A DNA stretch of 48,109 nt from Acidobacteriota bacterium (lineage in GTDB: Bacteria; Acidobacteriota; Thermoanaerobaculia; UBA5066). The notes under the pieces were generated by a model. That model ran no database searches and was not told where the DNA came from. It saw nothing but the letters and a program-made list of their open reading frames with translations. Position numbers and translations under genes: made by a program. Positions 43,096 through 48,109 of the stretch are shown here, in pieces (the stretch's first letter is position 1; every line of letters starts with the position of its first letter). The DNA is taken from the NCBI GenBank assembly GCA_039934255.1, contig JBDTML010000099.1, positions 1 to 48,109 of the forward strand. Direction: 5' to 3'.

Positions 43096-44796
43096 TCAGC
43101 GGTCCGCGAGGAGCCAGGCCGACGCGAGCGCGAGGCGCGCCGTCTTCTCGATCTCCTTCAGGTCGACGCCGGCCGGCGTGTCGCCCGGCTCGTGGTAGCC
43201 CTTGAAGAAGTTCCCGAAAAAGCGCAGGAACGGGACCTTCGCGCGGGCGAACGCCTTGTAGTCGCTGCCGCCGTGGATTCCCGGCGTCCGGTCGAGGTGG
43301 AGGGAGACGCCCGTCCCGCGCGCCGCCCGCGCGAGAATCGGGACGAGGTCCGGCGCGAAGTCCGCGACGCCGGGCTCGCCGAAGTCGAGGGGCTTCAGTC
43401 CGTCGAGGAACGCGCCGCCGTCCTTCAGCCCGGAATCGGCCAGGAGCTTCTTCATCTCGTCCGGCGTCCACGGGTGCCCGATCATGTCGAGGTTCAGGTA
43501 GGCCGGCGTCTTCGCGAGCGGCCAGAGCGGATGCCGGACCCATTGGGCCGAGCCGAACTTTCCCTCTTCCTCGCCGGTCCAGAAGGCGAAGACGAGCGTC
43601 CTCTTCGGCCGCTCGCGCGAGGAGGCGAACGCGCGCGCGATCTCGAGGAGTGCGGCGACGCCCGAGGCGTTGTCGTCGGCGCCCGGCTGGATCGCACCGT
43701 CCACGATGCCGAGGTGGTCGAGGTGCGCGCCGAGGACCACGGCCTCGCCCGCGAGCTTCGGGTCGGAGCCCGCGAGGGCGCCCACGACGTTCCGGCTCAC
43801 GAACGCCCGCTCCTTGCCGCTCGTCCGGAGCGTGACCGTCACTCCGGGCAGGGCGCGCGGGACGCCGGGACCGGACGCGCCGAGGAGCGCCGCGCCGACC
43901 GCCGGAGACACCGGCGCGAGCAGCACCCCGTCGTCGTCGAGCCCGTCGTCCTCGAGCCGCCAGTAGGTCTTCTCGTCGGGCTTGTTCTTCGGCAGGATCT
44001 TCGTCGCCCAGTCGTCGCCCTCCACGGCGAGGACGGCGATGGCGCCCTGGCTCCGGGCAAGCTCCAGCTTCGCGACGTACCGCTCGTCCAGCTTCGGCGC
44101 GGCCCAGCGCTCGACGAGCGCCGGCGCCTTCCACGCGGCGCCGTCGGGCGCGCCGCCGAGGACGACGACGATCTTCCCCTTCACGTCGAGGCCGCGGTAA
44201 TCGTCGCGCGCGGGCGACGTCTCACGGATGCCGTAGCCCGCGAAGACGACGCTCCCCGTGAACGTCCGCGCCGGGACCTGCGGGATCAGGCAGTCCGTCC
44301 CGGCGACGAACGTCCGGCGATCAGCCGTCTCCCCACGGCGACTCTCGATCTCCAGCGCGCCCGTTCCGCCCGTGATCTCGCGGAGCGGCACGCTCTGGAA
44401 GTACGTCCCCTCCGCGAGCGGCGGAATGCCGGCGAGCGCGAGATACGCCGCGGCGTACTCGGCCGCCGCATCGAGTCCCCGTGCGCCGAGACCACGCCCC
44501 TCGAGCGCCGGGGAGGCGAGGAACGCGACGTGCGCTGAGAGCGCCGGCGCCCGCACGGCCGCGAGGGCCGCGGCGACCGGAGGCGGCAGCGGCTCGACCG
44601 AAGAGACTCGGATGAAGTCGGTTGAGGGGGAGGAAGAGAGAGAGGGAGAGGGAAGGGACGAAGATGAAGAGGAAGATTGCTTAGAAGGTGGCGCCTCCGG
44701 CGCCTGCGCGGCCGCCGAGGCGGCGGCCGCCAGGAGTCCACAAGAAAGAACGGTGCCGGCCGCGTCGAACAGGCGCCTCACCCCTCTTACCTTCAA
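43096..44796 (-). CDS. secreted M28-family metallopeptidase with PA domain and Ser/Pro-rich N-terminal linker
   Basis: Signal peptide, SSSSSSSLPSPSLSSSPS linker, PA-domain GKIVVVLGG, M28 motifs LGAHLDHLG, GADDNASGVAALLEIARAF, FAFWTGEEEGKFGS. TTG start at 44796 preceded by GGGAGGA. Confidence 0.85.
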   Translation of the reverse strand: MKVRGVRRLFDAAGTVLSCGLLAAAASAAAQAPEAPPSKQSSSSSSSLPSPSLSSSPSTDFIRVSSVEPLPPPVAAALAAVRAPALSAHVAFLASPALEGRGLGARGLDAAAEYAAAYLALAGIPPLAEGTYFQSVPLREITGGTGALEIESRRGETADRRTFVAGTDCLIPQVPARTFTGSVVFAGYGIRETSPARDDYRGLDVKGKIVVVLGGAPDGAAWKAPALVERWAAPKLDERYVAKLELARSQGAIAVLAVEGDDWATKILPKNKPDEKTYWRLEDDGLDDDGVLLAPVSPAVGAALLGASGPGVPRALPGVTVTLRTSGKERAFVSRNVVGALAGSDPKLAGEAVVLGAHLDHLGIVDGAIQPGADDNASGVAALLEIARAFASSRERPKRTLVFAFWTGEEEGKFGSAQWVRHPLWPLAKTPAYLNLDMIGHPWTPDEMKKLLADSGLKDGGAFLDGLKPLDFGEPGVADFAPDLVPILARAARGTGVSLHLDRTPGIHGGSDYKAFARAKVPFLRFFGNFFKGYHEPGDTPAGVDLKEIEKTARLALASAWLLADR

Positions 44797-44854
44797 AGAA
44801 ATCTTCCTCCCGATTTTCTTTCTCTCTCCCGATTTCTCTGTCTCTCTCTCCCCC

Positions 44855-46003
44855 TCAAGAAATCCTCTCCTCCGAAATCTTCAGCCTCGCGAGCCGCTCC
44901 TCGACGACCACTGCCCCGAACCCCGGGCCTTCCGGCACATCGATGAACCCGTCGGCGTCGAGGACGACGCCCGGCTCGACGATGTCCTCGTGGAAGTAGC
45001 GGTTCGTCTCGGACGTGTCTCCCGGGAGCGTGAAGCCGTCGAGCGTCTGGAGGTGGATGTTCACGGCGCGGCCGATGCCGGTCTCGTCCATCCCGCCCGA
45101 CCAGACGGGGATGCCGTGCGCCGACGCGTGCGCGAGGATGCGCATGGACTCGAGGAGCCCGCCGACGCGCCCCTGCTTGAGGTTCAGGATCCTGCAGCCG
45201 CCGAGCGCGATCGCCGCCGCGGCGTCGCCCTGGGAGTGGATCGACTCGTCGAGGCAGAGCGGCGTCGCAAGCGACTTCTGGAGGAGAGAATGCTGGTAGA
45301 TGTCGCTGTAGGAGAGCGGCTGTTCGATCATCGTGAGAGAGAACGCGTCCAGCTGGGCCAGGTGCGCGGCGTCGTCGAGCCGGTAGTCGCCGTTCGCGTC
45401 CACCATGAGCGGAACGTCGGGGAACTTCTCGCGCACCGCGCGGACGTACTCGACGTCCTTGCCCTTCTGGACCTTCATCTTGACGCGGTGGTATTTCTTC
45501 GCGACCGCGTCCGCCACGGCCGCGACGAGGGCGGTGGTCGAGTCCTGGATGCCGATGCTGATGCCGGACATGACCTTCTTCCGCGGCGCGCCGAGGAGCG
45601 TGTGGAGCGGCACCCCCTTGCGCTTCGCGACCAGGTCGATCACGGCGTTCTCCAGCGTCGCGCGCGCCATCTCGTGCCCGCGGACGTGGCGCATCCGCCG
45701 CTCGAGTTCGCCGAGCGTGCCGCCGGGCCAAAGGAGCGGCAGGAGGAAGTCCTTCAGGATGTGCCGGGCCGTCCCGTTCGTCTCGTAGGCGTAGAACGGA
45801 TCGGGATCGGACACGCACTCGCCCCACGCCGTGAGGCCGCCGGACTCGAGCCGGAGGAGCAAAGCGTCCTTCGAGGTCCAGGTCGCCGTCGAGATCGAGA
45901 ACGGGCTGATGAACGGCAGGCGCACTTCGAAGAGATCGATATGGTCGATCGCGGGAACCGGCTCCGCGAGGAGCGCGGCGAGAGCCTCCGGAATTGCGGT
46001 CAC
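44855..46003 (-). CDS. enolase-superfamily enzyme of the o-succinylbenzoate synthase / N-succinylamino-acid racemase type
   Basis: Collinear by eye with NAAAR/OSBS proteins: VRLPFISPF, WGECV, KxK (VKMKVQKG), VDANGDY, IEQPL, CLDES, NLKQGRVGG, SGGMDETGIGRA, LPGDTS. GTG 46003 overlaps the upstream stop (GTGA on the minus strand). Confidence 0.88.
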   Translation of the reverse strand: MTAIPEALAALLAEPVPAIDHIDLFEVRLPFISPFSISTATWTSKDALLLRLESGGLTAWGECVSDPDPFYAYETNGTARHILKDFLLPLLWPGGTLGELERRMRHVRGHEMARATLENAVIDLVAKRKGVPLHTLLGAPRKKVMSGISIGIQDSTTALVAAVADAVAKKYHRVKMKVQKGKDVEYVRAVREKFPDVPLMVDANGDYRLDDAAHLAQLDAFSLTMIEQPLSYSDIYQHSLLQKSLATPLCLDESIHSQGDAAAAIALGGCRILNLKQGRVGGLLESMRILAHASAHGIPVWSGGMDETGIGRAVNIHLQTLDGFTLPGDTSETNRYFHEDIVEPGVVLDADGFIDVPEGPGFGAVVVEERLARLKISEERIS

Positions 46004-47529
46004 GGCTTCGCGCCCTCCGGACGGACGACGCGCAGGATGGGCAGGAGTCCGTCCTTCCCCGCGAGCGCCTTGAAGCGCGGGAACTGGTAGAGGCCGTAGA
46101 ACTGGGCCGGCTCGAGGACGAGCGCGGCCCTCACGGCGGCCTCGCCCTCGAGCGGGACGAAGAGGCTGCCGGCCGCGAGCTCCGCCCTGTGCGCGGCGCC
46201 GCGCCGGACGATCTGGCGGCCGCCGTACCGGCTGTAGACGTCGTCGAAGTCCTCCTCGACGCGGAGGAGCGTCGCGTCCTCGGCGGTCACGGCGCGCGGC
46301 GCGGCAAGGGTCTCGAAGGGAATCCCGTGCTTTTCAAGGAGCGACCGGAACGCCTCCGCGGCGGCCGGGACCACCGCGTAGCCGAGCGGGGTCGGGACGG
46401 AGGACTTCACGGCCATCTCGGTCATCATGTTCGGCGTCGCGATCTTCACGACGCGCCCCGTCGCGATCTCGACGACGGGGAACTCCGTGACGGTCGGGCC
46501 GGGGTTGACCCAGAGGTAGTGCGCGGGGAGGAACGCGGGGAGAGACCGCGCCCGCGCGCGCTCGATCGCCGCGAGATCGTCCGAGCGATGCGTGCCGCCC
46601 GAGAGGAAGCGCCGGTAGAGGACGAGGTACGCGTCCACGCGGTTGCCGAGGTCTCCGGCCGGCGCCGCGCCTTCGTAAGCGGCCGCCTCGATGATGAAGG
46701 AGAGAGCGCCGTACATGCCGAACGCGTTCAGGCCGCTGTCGATGTCGGGGGCCGAGTGCCGCTGCTCGCCGTCCGGCGGCGCGTCGCCCACCCAGTAGCG
46801 CAGGAACGGATGGCCCGCCTTCGCCTCGGCGCCCGCGGCCTCGTCGACCCAGCGCGCCGCGGCGGCGACGAGGCCGCCGTCGAAGAGTGGGTTGTTCAGG
46901 CCGTCCATCGTGATGTCGGGCCACTTCCGCCAGCCCTTCGCGCGCCACGACTTCGGGTCGCGGCCGAACTCGTGCGAGTCCACGGCGATGTCGGGGCGGA
47001 CGCGCCGGACGACGCGATGGAGCGCCTGCGTCTCCGGCTGCTCGAGGGCGATGTGATCGCGGTTGAGGTCCGTCCCGGCCGAGTTGCGCCGCGTTCCCGC
47101 CTCCGCGCCGTCGGGATTCATCATCGGGAGAATCCAGAGGTCCACGTCCTTCGGCAGGAGCGACGGCTTCTCCGCGATCTCCCGCACGAGGTAGAGGAGC
47201 GCGTCCTTGCCGGAGATCTCGTCGCCGTGCTGCTGCGCGTAGAAGAGCACCTTCCACGCGGGCTTGGCGCCGGAGGATGCCGTCGTCAGGTGGACGAGGT
47301 AGACGCCGCGCCCCTGCGCGGTCTTGCCCTCCACCGACACGTGGACGGGGCCCTTGCCGTCCACCGAGCGGAGGAACGTCTCCATCCCGGCGTACGAGAT
47401 CGTCTTTTCGAGCGCGCGGTGGTCCGCGGGAAAGGCGCCGGGCTCGTCGGCGCGGAGGCCGGCGGCGGGGAAGAGAAATGCAGCGGCGAGGAAGAGGCGA
47501 AGCGAACGTGTTTTCAGAAAGGCCCCCAA
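46000..47529 (-). CDS. secreted M14-family zinc carboxypeptidase
   Basis: FYAQQHGDEISGKD (HxxE zinc site), MMNPDGAEAG, GTDLNRDH, AVDSHEFG. TTG 47529 is chosen because it yields the signal peptide MGAFLKTRSLRLFLAAAFLFPAAGLRA. The track start at 47619 would overlap the upstream gene by about 100 nt. Confidence 0.82.
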   Translation of the reverse strand: MGAFLKTRSLRLFLAAAFLFPAAGLRADEPGAFPADHRALEKTISYAGMETFLRSVDGKGPVHVSVEGKTAQGRGVYLVHLTTASSGAKPAWKVLFYAQQHGDEISGKDALLYLVREIAEKPSLLPKDVDLWILPMMNPDGAEAGTRRNSAGTDLNRDHIALEQPETQALHRVVRRVRPDIAVDSHEFGRDPKSWRAKGWRKWPDITMDGLNNPLFDGGLVAAAARWVDEAAGAEAKAGHPFLRYWVGDAPPDGEQRHSAPDIDSGLNAFGMYGALSFIIEAAAYEGAAPAGDLGNRVDAYLVLYRRFLSGGTHRSDDLAAIERARARSLPAFLPAHYLWVNPGPTVTEFPVVEIATGRVVKIATPNMMTEMAVKSSVPTPLGYAVVPAAAEAFRSLLEKHGIPFETLAAPRAVTAEDATLLRVEEDFDDVYSRYGGRQIVRRGAAHRAELAAGSLFVPLEGEAAVRAALVLEPAQFYGLYQFPRFKALAGKDGLLPILRVVRPEGAKP

Positions 47530-48109
47530 TGCATGAGGACAGGCGGGACGAGAAGGAGGAACGCGAGGGCGCAGAGGACGAGCATGAGCGGCAGGAACCA
47601 GCGCGCCCACGTCTCCCACGGGATCTTCGCCATCCCGAGGACTCCCATCGTCACGGCGGACGTCGGGAGGATCGGGTTGATGAGCTCACAGAGCTGGTAC
47701 GCGTACACCATCGTCTGGCGCGTGAGGCCGACGAGGTCGGCGAGCGGCGCCATGATCGGCATCGTGAGCGCGGCCTGGGCCGTGCCCGAGTGGATGAAGA
47801 AGTTGATGACCGACTGGACGACGAACATGACCTGCGCCGCGACGACGGCGGGCAGCGCGGAGATGAGACCCGAGCTGACGAAGAGGATCGTGTCGAGAAC
47901 GCGCGCCTCGCGGGCGATGATGAGGAGCGCGCGGCCGCACGCGATGATAAGCGAGACGTTCACCATGTCCTTCGCGCCCGCGAGGAAGCTGGACGCGATC
48001 TCGTCCGCCTTCAGGCCCGCCACGGCGCCCATCACGAGGCCCATCGCGAGGAAGAGCGCGCCGATCTCCTCGATGAACCACTGCGCCTGCAGGATTCCCC
48101 ACACGAGCG
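47514..48109 (-). CDS. YfcC-family (DcuC-like) membrane transporter, C-terminal part (5' end beyond the window)
   Basis: Polytopic hydrophobic sequence ...FIHSGTAQAALTMPIMAPLADLVGLTRQTMVYAYQLCELINPILPTSAVTMGVLGMAKIPWETW... typical of the YfcC / C4-dicarboxylate-anaerobic-carrier fold. The frame is open to the window edge. Confidence 0.75.
   Translation of the reverse strand, partial: LVWGILQAQWFIEEIGALFLAMGLVMGAVAGLKADEIASSFLAGAKDMVNVSLIIACGRALLIIAREARVLDTILFVSSGLISALPAVVAAQVMFVVQSVINFFIHSGTAQAALTMPIMAPLADLVGLTRQTMVYAYQLCELINPILPTSAVTMGVLGMAKIPWETWARWFLPLMLVLCALAFLLLVPPVLMHWGPF

Overview
High-G+C (about 70% by eye) bacterial chromosome segment, densely packed with about 38 protein genes and one tRNA. 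No rRNA, CRISPR array, transposase or integrase is visible. The gene content (Oar-like TonB-dependent receptor with a carboxypeptidase-regulatory domain, GloVer repeat protein, IPTL-CTERM-like tail, sulfatase-TPR fusion) suggests an Acidobacteriota-like organism; this is inference only.

The left half (1-31 kb) is mostly housekeeping:
- an rpsU-mutS2-dnaG-rpoD operon followed by tRNA(CAU)
- a COG1579 zinc-ribbon gene coupled to RNase HI
- yggS, a rhomboid-like gene and divIVA
- hutI plus a cyclodeaminase-domain gene
- polA, selB, ubiX/ubiA, a deoxynucleoside kinase and a cysteine synthase / cystathionine lyase pair

Interspersed accessory genes include a 14-repeat GloVer secreted protein and a FimT/GspH-like pseudopilin next to comEA.

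The right half (32.7-48.1 kb) is the most unusual part. It holds a dense set of exported hydrolases and transport genes:
- a lipoprotein cyanophycinase
- two M14 carboxypeptidases and one M28 peptidase
- a CapA-family protein
- a sulfatase-like/TPR protein
- an Oar-type TonB-dependent receptor
- a YfcC-family transporter
- a cytoplasmic N-succinylamino-acid-racemase/OSBS-type enolase-superfamily enzyme

I read this as a candidate uptake and catabolism locus for non-ribosomal or D-amino-acid-containing peptide polymers.

Many adjacent genes share 4-nt start/stop overlaps (ATGA, GTGA, CTGA). Most long ORFs in the track that run antisense or out of frame to these genes are high-G+C shadow ORFs.
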